This document shows, one piece after another, positions 51,501 through 64,000 of a DNA stretch of 64,000 nucleotides. The notes below the pieces were generated by a model. It was not told the origin of the DNA, made no database searches, and was given only the letters and a program-made list of their open reading frames with translations. A program made the position numbers and the translations under genes. Numbering within the stretch: position 1 is the first letter of the stretch; each line of letters opens with the position of its first letter. This DNA comes from Selaginella moellendorffii (taxonomy: Eukaryota > Plantae > Lycopodiophyta): assembly GCF_000143415.4 (NCBI RefSeq), contig NW_003314307.1, forward strand, positions 1 through 64,000. Direction: 5' to 3'.

Positions 51501-52476
51501 AATATAGTTTGTTGGGTGAAAGCCCAAAGCGATCGTCCCCCAGCGGGGGGGGAGGGGGGGGTGGGGGCTACAGGGGTTCCAAAAGGATAGTAGGGAGAGT
51601 GTGGGGGTTGGACCCCAGTGGAGCCAGTTTGGCCAGAAAAGGCTAGTTTGGCCCAAGAAGGCCATACCCAACTGTGGGGTGATGGGGTAACCACTGGGAA
51701 GTCCAAGGCTAGAGTGAATACAGACTAGCAAGCAAAGTAGCTTGGTGAAGTGTTCAAAAGCCAGCTCTAATTCCCTCAGGAAATCGAATGGTCAATGCTC
51801 CTAGTCCAAGCATGGGTGGCACTACCTACTTGGATACCTAGCATAGCTCAATGGAACCTCACTCTAAACCCATGGCTAGAGCACCCAAAGGTGAAAGGTG
51901 GGGAGAGGCTCGTGTAGGGCTACGGTGTTCCGAAATGCTGTCCCAACTTCCCAGACTATGGAAAAGAAAAGGAGTGATCCTCTGGTGTAGTGACTAAGGA
52001 TACGGTCAAGTGATGAGGAAGTCTCAAAGGACAATGGGACTTAGTGGTCGGGCCTGTGGGCCTTGTCCCAGTGGCAGTGTTGGCAAACACAGCCATGAAC
52101 AAGAAAAGGGACTTGGTGGGGACTGCGGGCATTTAAAGAGTGGATCTAAGATGATCACTCATGGACAGATGGAAAATTTTTTGAGAGATAGGATTGCAAT
52201 GCAGGTGGTGTTGGATCACCAGTGTGACCAAGGTGAATGGGCATGGCCTTAGCGTAATGGGCTGATATGTTAGTGGTACCTTGGGGTGTTGGTCATGGGA
52301 TCGGACACATGGAGCACTTAGACCAAGTGCAAAGGTTGAGTGGCATGGATGCCATTCTCAGGGCTAGCAAGCCCCAAGTCCTGAATTGGCTTATGGAGGT
52401 TGTGAAAGAGACTTTTCCAAGTGGTCGGAGGTGTGGTTAAGTGACTAAAGTAGAATGGAAAAATTAGTCACTTACA

Positions 52477-55395
52477 AGAAAGGGATTTAGTGGGGACTAA
52501 AAAAGGGATATTGGGAAAGGTTGTTCCCTATGTCTACAGACATCCTAAGGATGCTAAGGAGTGGATTTGGGATTAGCAAGAGTTAAATTATGCCTCAGGT
52601 TGATCGGCCATGCTTGACCTACCCAATATCCCTACTATACATTTGGAACCCCCGACATTGAATACATGGAGCATTAGTGCAAACGTTGAGTGGCATGGAT
52701 GCCATTCTCGGGGTTAGCAAGCCCCAAGTTCTAAATTGGACTTATGGAGGTTGTGAATGAGACTCCTCCAAGTGATCGGAGGTATAGTTAAGTGACTAAA
52801 GTAGAATAGAAAAATTAATTACTTACATTAAGATCATGGGAAGGATGAAGACTCTAAGACAATAAAGGAGTCATAAAATTATCCTTATATAGTTGAAAAT
52901 GGTGCTCATGAATTTGAGATGAGAATTAATGACCGTAGAAGGTCAAATACAAAAGAGGATACAAATCCTTGAAATTGTAGCTAGGTATAAAAGGCTACAT
53001 TTTTCAACTTAACCACACCTTTGATCATTTAGAAGAGTCTTACTCACAACTTCCATAGTTCTATTCCGGACTTGGGGCTTGCTAGCCTCCATGCCACTTA
53101 ACTTTTGCATTTGGTCCAAGTGCTCCATGTGTCCAATCCTATAACCAACACCCAAAGGAATCACTAACATATCAGTCTGTTACACTAAGGCCATACCCAT
53201 TCACCTTTGTCATATTAGTGGTCCAACACCACCTGCATTATAGTCCCGTCTTTTAAAGATTGGGTCATCTGTCTATGAGTGATCATTCTAGATCCACTCT
53301 TTAGCATCCTTGAGATGCCTGTAGACATGGGGAACAACCTTCCCTAATATCCCTTTTATAGTCCCCACAAAGACCCTTTCTATCCACGGTTATATTTGCC
53401 AACATTGCCACTAGGTCAAGGCACACATGCCTGACAACTAAGTTTCACTGTCCTCTGGGACTTCTTCACCATATGACCATATCCTTGGTCACTACGTTAG
53501 AGGATTAATTCTCTTCCTTTCCACAGTCCGAGACTTTGGGACAATATTTTGGAACACTGTGGCCATATACAAGCCTCTTGGGTACTCTCCCCACCTTGCG
53601 CCTTTGGGTGCTTTAGCCATGAGGCTAAAGTGAGGTTTCATTGAGCCACGCTAGGTATCTAAGTAGGTAATGCCACCCACACTTGTATTGGGAGCATTGA
53701 CCATTCGATCTCCCAATGGATTTAGAACCAGCTCTTGAACACTTCATCAAGTTACTCTCTTGTCTGTCCGCATTCACTCTAGCTTTGGATATATCATCAC
53801 CCAACACATAGGCATAGCCTTCCTTGGTCACACTGGCCTTTCCTAGTCAAACTGGGTCCACTAGAGTCCAACCCCCACTCTCCTTACTATACTTTTGAAA
53901 CCCAAAACCCCAAAGTGGAGGCAACAGGGTGCCACATAGTAGTGGCTAAAGTGGAAGCCAAATGAGCATAACACATTGGGACTAAAAACTTTGACTTGAA
54001 AGGTCAAGAGCGAGAGTGAAACTCTCAACGAAGTGCTCAAGGAATGAGCATGAAGTGAGCAATAAGTGAGTCTTTACATAAGGAACACAAGAGAACCAAC
54101 ACATGACACATGGAGGAATCTGAGATGGACTTGAGACGGAGTTTAAGATGGAGTCCAATATGGACCTGAGATGGACCCAATATGGACCCAAGATGGAGTC
54201 CGAGATGGAGTCTGACATGGATCCGAGATGGAGTTTGAGATGGAGTTCGAGATAGAGTTTGAGATGGACTTGAGATGGAGTCCAAGGTTGAGGCTGAGAA
54301 AGAGATTGAGACCGAAACTAAGGCCAAGACTGAGATCGAGACCTAGACCAAGATCGAGTCCTATACCGAGTTCAAGACCAAGACCGAGTTTGAGTCCAAC
54401 TTTGAATCTAACTCCAAGGGTGAAAGCCCAAAGCAATTGTCTCCTAGGCCTTGAGGGGTTTGGTGAGCTCCAAAAGTATAGTAGGGGGAGGATTCAAGTG
54501 GAGCTAGTTTGGTTATGAAATGCCAATGTGACCAAGGAAGGCTATACCTATGTGGTGGGTGATGCTATAACCATTAACAAGTCTAAGGCTAAAGTAAACA
54601 TAAATAGACAAATGGGGTGATTTGGTAAATTGTTCTAGAGTTAGCTTTAGCTCCCCCAGGAGATTAAATGGTCAATGCTCCCAATCCAAGTGTGGGTGGC
54701 ACTACCTATTTGGATACTTAGTGTGGCTCATCGGAGCCTTGCTCTAGCCACATAAGTAGGGCACCCAAAGGCAAAAGGTGGGAAGAGTACCTATAAGGCT
54801 TATGTAGGGCCACGATATTTCAAAATGTTGTCCCAAAGTCCCAGACTGTGGAAAAGAAAAGGAATAGTTCTCTTCTGTAGTGACCAAGGATGCGGTCATG
54901 TGGCAAAGAAGTCCTAGAGGTCAATGGGACATAATGGTTGGACCTTCAAGCCCAGTGTTGGCAAATACAATGGGGATGGAGAGGGACTTAATGGGGACTG
55001 AGAAAGGGATATTGGGGAAGGTTGTTCTTCATGTCTTTGAGCATCCTAAAGATTCTAGGGAGTGGCTTTGGGATGACCACTCATGGATGGATGGCTTAGT
55101 ATTTGAAAGATGGGACTATACTAGCATAAATGGTCTAGGATTACAAATGAGACAAGGGTAAATGGACATAACTTTAGCATAACATGCTGATATATCAGTA
55201 GTACCTTTGAGGTGTCAATCATGACAGAGAACACTTAGACCAAGTGTAAAGGCTGAGTGGCATAGATGCCATTCACAAGGTTAACAAGTCCTCAAATCTG
55301 AAATATGACTTATAGAGGTTGTGAGTGAGGCTTCTCTAAGTGGTTGGAAGTGTGGTTAAGTGACTAAAGTAAAATAGAAAATTTAATTACTTACA
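52477..55395. mobile_element. Cluster of family B LTR fragments: 3'-end pieces to 52827, minus-strand LTR ~53007-53900, plus-strand LTR ~53900-55395
   Basis: Homology to 51026-52476; ends ...aattacttaca at 52827 and 55395. Confidence 0.8.
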
Positions 55396-55499
55396 TCTTT
55401 CTTCTGAGTATTAACAAGTACTAAGAAGTCATTGGTTCACCAAGCAAGATGTTCCCAAGACTACTTTTTATACATATTTTGTTTGCATTAGTTCTTAGT

Positions 55500-56960
55500 G
55501 ATACTATTTGGTTTGAACAACATTTCAACAACTTTTTAGTAGATGATGGATGACATTTTTTGCAATATGCCAGAGGTGACTACTAACTTTATCGATAATG
55601 TCTTGATTCACTCAGAAGGAATGTGGAAGGAGCATATCTAGATGTTCACAAGGTGTTCGATCAATTTCAGCAAGTTGGTTTAAATCTCAACCTGTTGAAA
55701 TGTGTGTTTAGGTCCAAGGACAAAACTTATCTTGGGTACTATATTTCTTGTGAAGGTTTGCAAATTAATCTTTAAAAACTTGTGGTTGTTCTAAAGCTCT
55801 CTACCTCAAAGTGTGTGGATAATGTGTAACACTCCCTAAACAAAGTGCAATATCATAGTCATTTCATTGATCATCTTTTTTATTGTACTATACCATTGAG
55901 AACATTGATAAAGTCATTAACATCATCTTTCATTTGGTTTGAGAACTATGAGTGGGCATTTATGCATCTCAAAGACTTGTTGATAACTCCTCTAATTTTA
56001 ACATATCCTGACTATACTTGATTTTTCATTTTGAGTATGGATGCTTCTATTATCAGTCTAGAGGGTGTATTGATACAAGAGAGCATGAGTGTGCCTATTA
56101 ATGTTATCCCATTACATACATCAGACATATATTACAACTAGTAAAGGTGAATTACTCCATAATAAAGAATGAGTGTTTAGCAGCAGTTTGGGGTTTTAAG
56201 AAGCTTCATGCATATTTGCATACTTCTTGGCCATTACTAAAAAGTGAATATATTGTGGTTACTTCATTATGGAAGTGGAAGAACTTAATTGTTGTATTGC
56301 TCAGTGGGCTCCAAAGCTTCATATATATGCTTTCGAAGTTGTTCATCAACCAGGGAGTTCTATGATTGATATTGACGCCCTTTCTTGAACTCTTCTCCCT
56401 TCTTCATTCTTTTCTCATGTTTTTTATGTCTTTGTTATTCTAGTATCAATGGAATTTTTTAATGAGAATTTTGTACCATCAATGGTTGTTATACTAAATG
56501 TTCGATGTTCATAAGATGCAGAGCAAAATTTACTTTCTCTTAACAAAGTTCATGAGGCTAAAAAATTTAAGCTTTATTTCCGAAGACTTTATAACAAGTT
56601 TGAGAATCTTGTATCACGTGCTAATGACTTGCCATTTTAACATTTACATTCTTAATATCACTTTAATAACAACCTTTATTTTGTGGGGATTGATCCTAAT
56701 GATTATTTATGGTTAGTTATGCTTTTGATATCTATTCCATGCTTTATCCATGCCTACTATGACTCTCGGCATATGAGGCATCAACGTGTGATTGAAAAGC
56801 TATGTAAATCTTTTTATTAGCCGGGGATATAATGTGATGTTATTCGATATGTACATAGTTGTGTTTGATGCCAAACTCATAATACTTCCTTTCATGCTAC
56901 AAAAGGACAATTGAAATCAATTACAATTTCCCCTCTATTTGCATTTGATTTGATGGGCAT
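55500..56960 (+). pseudogene. Highly decayed Ty3/gypsy RT-RNase H-INT of a different family
   Basis: Fragments FIDNVLIHS, GLNLNLLKCVF...YLGY, MDAS and NYSIIKNECLAAVWG, plus integrase zinc-finger remnants, with stops and frameshifts. Confidence 0.7.
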
Positions 56961-59299
56961 TTTGCATGGCTAACTGCTGGCAATGATTAAATCACTATTG
57001 CCTCGATGCAATATTTTTATTCTCATCTAGACTATGCAATATTGAAAGATTGCCATCAGTTTTATTTTAATGGGCTGGTATCCTTAAAACAGCTCTATAT
57101 AAAAAAGCAGCTTAAATCCTTCATCTTTATCACTATTAGCAATCATTTAATTTCTATTCTAATACTTTAGTTCTATGAGGGCAATCTTTATCACCTTTCT
57201 CCAGGATCTCTTCAATGAGGTTATGATTTCTTATAAGAATACCTTTCATGCTTAACTTGTGTTGCCATATGAGATGTTTGATGTGAGTAAGAACTACATC
57301 AATATTTCTGGAACTATACTTCACTCTCATAATTATGAATTAACAACCTTATAAGTTCTTTTAATGAAGAGAGCACAATTGATAGATGTTATAGATGAAT
57401 CTTTTAGTAAGCTACCAGCAATATGAAAGAGTGTAATAAGGAACACATCCCAGTGGCTACACAAGGGACATGTGTTCTCCACTGAGTCAATAGAGGAGCT
57501 AGGGTTAGTGTGGGCATTGTGAGCAAAGCAATGATTTGCAATAGGATAATGGGTGCTGGCCATGATTTTTTTATTATGTCAATCATTTATATTTCATATG
57601 CTCCCAGAATGTCAATCATTTGGTTATAATTTTATAGCTTGAGGCATTGAGATTTTGACCCTGCTTTGTCTATAGGAACTTTCCCTTTTTATTTTATTAC
57701 AGAGCACAATCTAACAAAAGTTAATGCCGAGTTTTCTGGTAGCTCCTAGCTGTGACACAAGTGGGACATGGGGAAGTAGCAGAATTTGAAGGAGCCATCC
57801 ATCAACTGGATAAACAATTATCGCCACACGCCAATGATTGGATGATTCAAATGAACCACTTAATTCGATCTTCTGCCAAGCATCCACCACTACCACTTTT
57901 TTTTTTGTTTAAGTTTACATCGTTCTTGCAGCAGAGAAGTGAGGATTTTGATCTTAGGTCGGGTACAATTAACTGTAACTAGAAAAGTGCAGCTTTTTTT
58001 TAAGTCGTGAGTTAGGTGCAAGTTGCCAAAATGTTTGAGAATTGATGCCTTTCTGAAGGTATCTCTTTTATCAGAGCAGTGTGGCTCTCTCTTCCAACTG
58101 TAGCTCAGATCACCATCATGGAACAACTTAACTCATTATTTTTCCAAACCACAGCATGACATTCTCTTTGGCTTGAGAGAGAATACTGAGGCAATGGCTT
58201 CCTGTGAGTAGCCAATCTTCTAATTTGGGTTTTCAAATGCTTTTATCTTTAGTTCCAATTTAGTGAGTTTAACTTCCTCCCTCTAGAAAATATACTTGAG
58301 GAGTGGTGGCCTTCTCCTAGTGTTAATCTCACATAAGGTGGTGTTAATCTTGTCAAAGGTGGTGTGGGAATGTTTTAGGTAATATATTAGATGGGAATTG
58401 ACTCCCAAAAACCTGTTTTGCCCTTGAAATCCTATCACTAGCATCTTAAATAGAGTGTTAAACATGGTTGAACGGGGGGCAATAGGGAAAGTTCAGAACC
58501 TAGCTAAGGTTTTATGGACTAGCATAGTGAGTTGTGAGTGGAAGATAAGTAACAAAGTTTATTCTGATCTATAGTGGATGTTTCACATAATTATCATGTA
58601 ATAATGTGCCATCCAAGTGGAAAGAGAGTTTTGTGGCATTGAAATGGTTTTTGAGCAATGATATGCATTACAGGTCCACAAAGCTTTCAGGGGCACTTTC
58701 ATGCAAGAGGGCAGCCTATGAGAGCTAGGCTTTAAATTGCAGATCCATGTATGAGTAAAAGTTACCTTATGCTTTGAGTGGAGGCACTATGACTTTATTT
58801 ATGCTTCTTATGTAAGCTTCGACATATAAAGAATAGGACACTAGACAAGTTCACAAGATTGTTCATAGAGTTTGGGGAGTTTCCTACTAAGCATCAAATG
58901 GGAAAATTTTGGATCATTCTAAACGAAACCTTTGGAGGAAAACTCTTTAAGACCTTTTTTTTATTCTCTTTTCTAAGCTAGACCACCTTTTATGTGATTT
59001 TGCTATTTTAGATTTTTTCAGTTTACAGTTTCGCTGATAAATTTAGGGGCCTATCAGGAGAAGACATTGGACTCTACAAGACGTAAAGAGACTGGGAGAG
59101 GCTAGAATGCTGGCAATTGGTGGCTTTAGTGTTCAAGTGTTTGATGGGATGTTTAGTTCTATTTAGTTATCTTTTGGGAGTCAAACGATAAAACTCACAG
59201 GTATCTAAACAGAGAAGTTGGCATATAAAATTTTGTTATACTCGGGCAATTGTAATCTTAGCCACAAACCGTCAGACTCATTAGGGCATACAAAATTCA

Positions 59300-62200
59300 A
59301 TGGAGGGAGATGAAACCGAAAGCCAAGGGGATGCTTCGGTCTCAAATGCAGATGGGAAAAACGCACAAAGCGAAGTGGCGAGAAAGAAAAAGCTCTTTAA
59401 GAAAATGATGCTGGTAAGGGGCTCTATTTTAAGGCTCACTTGTTTCAGTTTGTTGTAATTAAGGACTTCGATCGCCCTCAATGGAAAATAAGCCTGAAGG
59501 TCACACACGATCATGCCCCGCATCCACGGAAACGTCTAGGCGGCACAATATTAAACGGCGACTGGAAGGGATTGAGCGAAGCCGAAAAACGTGCTTGGAT
59601 ATCGAAATCCGATGACACTGATATAAAACTAGTAAACATACGGAGAAGAAAATCCTTGTTAACGTTTTTTATGCCATAGGCACAACTTCTTGCCTACCAT
59701 TTAAAAGAAAAGGTCGAATATCTTAACAATCCTAGATATTGCCAACTTCCCAGAGCAGTTAAAGTAAGAATTTCATGGGGTTAGCAGGAATTCTCAATCC
59801 ATTTTTCTTTTAGGCATTAACAATTACAGAAGTTAAAGAAACGGATGGTCAAATCACAGAATTAATTCCTTTGGATCCACCAACGCTTGTTTTTGAACGT
59901 TTTGGTAAGCTCTCTATACACTAAAATTACGTATAGGAAGCAAAATTCTAGTGAAACAGGACATGTGAAGGCTCATGCCTGAGACGTTACACGAACTGCA
60001 GAGGTGGGACGATCATACACGAGCACGATCCAAATTTTGAACGTTAGCACTTGGAGCCAGCGCCTGAGGTATCAGAAAGAACACCAATCCGGAACTAATT
60101 ACGCCTTGTCAGGGTTCTGTTACCATCAGGCAAAACGTTTCAGGTCCAGGGGGAAGACCTTCAAGGGAAAGTAATAGCACCAGGGAGGCACGTTTTCTTA
60201 AAGGTGACGTTTAGGCCCACGTCACTGAACGACAATTCAGATGCACTCTTCCTTTCTTCGGAGATGGACAGCTGCCAAGTCATGTTTATAGGAACCAAAA
60301 CCACTGCCAACAATATTTGTTCCAACCATCCTTGATCTAGGCCACTGTCTTCTCAATCATGCTACAGCTGTTTCTTTTCCAGTTTCCAGCTTAGATGTTG
60401 CTACAAAGTTTCATCTTTCTTTTGAGGCAGAGAGCGATTCAGAAAGATTAAACTTTTTCCAATCTCTTTATTCATGCCAGAATGTTCTTTATGCTGTTCC
60501 GTTTCTTGTTCACCCGAAGAGTTTTAATCTCTCGATCAATGATTCAGCTGACGTAATCGTCATATTCAGACCTGTTTCTCAAGGAAAATTTTCGCATATA
60601 ATACATATTTCGTCAGAGTTTGGTCATCAATGGCGGGTGCTACTTGAGGGCTGCGGGACAAAGTTGAAAGTCGACTTATTGGAATTAGATGGGCACGCTC
60701 TTAGAGAGAAAGAAGCCGAATCTGGATTGTGGTTCGGAAATGCAACCATTTCCAGTCACAATGCAAAGAAAAAACTGACAGTAAGAAACCACACCATGAC
60801 TGCTCTTCGGTTCTACTGGAAGATTGAGTCCGCACAACACCCGGCATTCGTCGTGCAGCCTAGCTGTGGGGTGCTGGAAGCAGAGTCAAATGCAACATTT
60901 GATTTTACTTTTTGTCCGGCAGAAATCGAGGTCTATAGACAGCGTGCAGTTTTCTACGTGGACACGCGCCACGCCTTTTCTTTTCGTGCCGACTCCTGGG
61001 AGCAGTTTCAAAGCAATCTGGCCAATGCAGATAAATTAGCCCAAGAAGTTATAGCATCAAAACATGGGGACGAAGTCTCAGGTGCTGTGTCTCCGGAGGT
61101 AGCTTTGGTTTGCGATCAAGGTTTTTCAACCAAGGACGTAGACAACAACGGGTATATCATGAAGGCCCTTGATATTGAGTTGATTGGAGTGGGAGATCCT
61201 TTCGATATTGAAATTTATCCTCCCTTGCTGCTATTCTCAGAAATGCTTGTTCAAGGTAAAACATACACACGAGAGATACATCTAAGAAACAACACTCTTG
61301 CCGATGTCACCTTCTCGTGGCAAGTCTCAGAAACTCCGTGGGGCATCGCCAAGGAACTTAATTTTGTTTCATTTCTTCCCATTACTGGCAAAATAGTAGC
61401 TCTGGGAAGCACCACTGTGAGCGTTACTCTAAGAGCTACAAAAATTGGACCTATACAAGAGGCTGTGACATGTAGTTTTATGGATACTGGCCATTTGCAG
61501 CTACCTTTGCTAATAGAAGGCTGTGTGCAAGGACCACGTGTTTCTATCCTTCAGCCTATGCTGGACTTTGGACTGGTTCAGGTACAGCTAAATATTAAAG
61601 TTTCTTTTTATGTGGTATTGAAGTTCACTGTCTAGGTAGGAACGACTGATTCTACACAGCTAACGCTCACCAACAGGAGCATTGTAGAAGCATCATTCAA
61701 ACTTCTTGCAGTGTGCGAAGCTGATATTAATGTGCAATTGTCACAGGCAATGAGCAATTGTAAAGATGAACTCTTTTTTAGGCCAGACAGTGGTACTGTA
61801 CTTGCGAGGGGAACAACAAATGTAAAGGTCGACCTGCACGCAAAGGCCTGTGGGCAAAAGGGTTATGCAATTGTTTGTCAAGTTGTTGACGGTCTCTCTC
61901 CCACGCAATATGCTCTAGTGAGAGCATTTGTGGATTCCCCAAAGGCGTACTTTGACCCATGCAGATTTGATCTTGGTATAACATTTCTCTACAAAAAACT
62001 CTCAAGAACGGCTACATTACACAATCTGACCGGTTTGACAACCTACTATAGGTGGCCCATTTGTGACATAAATATTGGAGACTCTTCTTCAATAAAGATC
62101 GACATCACGCCCAGAGATGGAGAACTTGCCCCATACGGTTCTCAGCAAATTGTTTTTCGCATGACTCCACTAGAGATCGGTGAGAAGGAGCTAATTTTGA

Positions 62201-64000
62201 CGTGTGACATCCTGGGAGCGGACGTGCCTATTGGTGTAATATTTCGGACTTACATTTCTGATTTTCGATGCAGCTACCACGTTGTATGGCCAAGTGAACT
62301 AGACAACAAAGCAGACCCACGTTCAAATATCAAGGCCTTATCAAAATTGTTAATAGACACTACCAATCCTTGTTCACTGGATTTTGGTAATACATGTCAA
62401 CTTGGATGCGTTTACTGGCTAAGGCTAGTTGTTCAAAACCACACTGATATTTTTAGCAAGATACACGTTGGTGTAAACAAATACGGAAGTGGCTACCCTC
62501 CCCCCCTTGCAAAAGAAGACTATGTCGTACTTTCTGGTCTTACTGGAAGGCAGCTTACATTACCACAAGCAACAGACTCCAAATCCGTTTTGAAACTTAA
62601 AAATCGGAAAGTTCCCCCAATAATAGACTTTCCCAATGAAGTTCACCAGAAGTACTGGTCCGTTTTTGGGCATTTGATGGTTTCTCGCAGGCTGGAAGTT
62701 GAGATGCACAATATTCTTATCAGGAACGGTGAAGCATTATCTCTACTTGTCTACCCAGGTTGCGAAGGCCTTTTGGAAAGCCAAGGGCAGTGGTTCTGTG
62801 ACATTTTTGCGTTTAGCTGCTTGCCAGGCTTCTACTCAGACATTTTAACATGCTCAGTAAGTTTCTGGAGCTATATAAGTCTAATTCTTTACGGTATTTG
62901 CGTAGGTGGGAGGACTTCCACCAGCTGAAATTCCAATTTCAATTGGAGTGACGGGCACGCCGTTGTTTGCAAGGCCTCAACACCTCGAACCAAGAGGCTA
63001 TCAACATCCTAAAATCAATTCAAGTCTTGTTTTAAGATGGCCACCGGTGTCCGTGGGAAATCCTAGACGAACCAAAAGGTTTTGGGTGGCTAACGTATCT
63101 CCATACCCTTTGGAAGTCATGTGGATGATGATGGTGCCTGAACCCGGTCGATTAGCGACAATCCACTTGGTTCATGCCGATGAGTCCTGGGTGCGTGTGA
63201 GTTTACTGGGAAATCCCGAATTTGGCCCAGTGCAACTACGTCTAGACATAATAGATAGAGAACGGGTAAAATTTCATACAAAAGAGAGTTTTTACATCCC
63301 AAGGAAGATCATCCATTTACTGTTTCTCCAATGAAACAGGTATAGAAAACTTTATAGTCAAATTTTCATGTCTAATAGTTCTTTCCAGGTCATTCTTGCT
63401 CACGGTAACGTTAGCTTTGAGGTAACGTTCGATACCATGCAAGCTGCACACTTTACCTGTATCCTAGTAGGGAAGACACAATTTGCGTCCTATCCAGACG
63501 AACATACAGGTGCTTATGGTAAACGGCCGTCTAGACGAGTCACTTTTCTTGAGAAAACTCAGATTATAGAGACGGATACTGTACGACGAAAATCTTCAAC
63601 GGTAACATTTTCCGATTCACAAACCAAGAAACCGATGTTAAAAAATGAACTAGTTAGGATTACGTCATCGATGGGAAGTTTGAACGAACCAGTTAGAACG
63701 TCTCTTCATGCTCTATCCGAGTCAAGTGAACAGACAAGAAAGCCTCCAAAGACAGCGCAACAAGGTTTACTTCAGGATTTACGAGCAGAAAAGCGGTCTT
63801 CTTTGAAAAGATCTTCATTGCAACTGACTGGACAAAGCTTACTGGGACCAGAGAAAAGGTCTTCTCTGAAAAGATCGTCAATTATGCTCAATGAAAGTGC
63901 AAGAATACAACAACAAGTGACTGCTATTTTAGATGATGGCCCAATTGTATTTGATCCCTCGCAAGAGTTTTTTGCTCCATTACGTGTCTGCCTAGAGGCC
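59300..64000 (+). CDS. DLEC1: DLEC1/CFAP81 (FAP81)-like ciliary protein with ASH/MSP-type repeats; multi-exon, 3' end outside the window
   Basis: Exons give YLNNPRY, PPTLVFERFEVGRSYTSTIQILNVS...RLRVL, IAPG...VTFRPTSLND, PTILDLGHCL, then ORFs 60637-61635, 61711-62928 and 62906-63334. Collinear with recalled DLEC1 motifs (FLxNPRF; VAPG...F.P; LDCGYCL). One apparent frameshift at ~60300. Confidence 0.8.

Larger units (their letters stand above)
37135..52476 (+). mobile_element. Family B non-coding LTR element: LTR 37135-38315, PBS ~38319-38330, internal region, LTR 51026-52476; hosts the intact A element and a Cassandra solo LTR
   Basis: TGTGAGACAC...CTTACA LTRs; PBS tagtatcagagc; PPT gtggtagagt; no long ORF. 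Confidence 0.82.

Noticed and set aside
11324-56960. One outer gypsy element hosting the whole island (gag at 11.3 kb, pol at 55.5 kb)
   Set aside because: No matching TSD at 11533-11537 versus 55396-55400 and no LTR pair found; it cannot be supported
57700-58950. MULE- or hAT-like transposase remnants (EFEGAI...ANDW; EWKISNKV)
   Set aside because: The motifs are too short and degenerate, with no TIR or TSD; a profile search is needed

Overview
Eukaryotic, land-plant-like genomic DNA with three N gaps. Very short GT-AG introns (about 35-55 nt) and two ciliary genes point to a plant with flagellated sperm, possibly a lycophyte such as Selaginella (inference). The left arm (1-10.9 kb) holds a KAP3/FLA3 kinesin-II accessory subunit gene (+) and a convergent coiled-coil gene (-), bracketed by a diverged inverted duplication. 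The right arm (59.3-64 kb) holds a DLEC1/CFAP81-like gene running off the window. Between them is a ~46 kb nested island of LTR retroelements: one young intact Ty3/gypsy chromovirus (family A, 38408-45943), one old decayed copy, two non-coding LARD-like families (B, C) and three insertions of a Cassandra-type TRIM with 5S-rRNA-derived LTRs. Two results stand out. (1) The chromovirus integrase is interrupted by two host-sized spliceosomal introns, retained in young and old copies, and a third candidate intron would give a Gag-only mRNA. (2) A TSD-flanked chimera (19531-25773) carries the chromovirus body inside Cassandra LTRs, joined at the shared LTR-end/PBS. This points to this chromovirus as Cassandra's autonomous helper. 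All alignments were done by eye.
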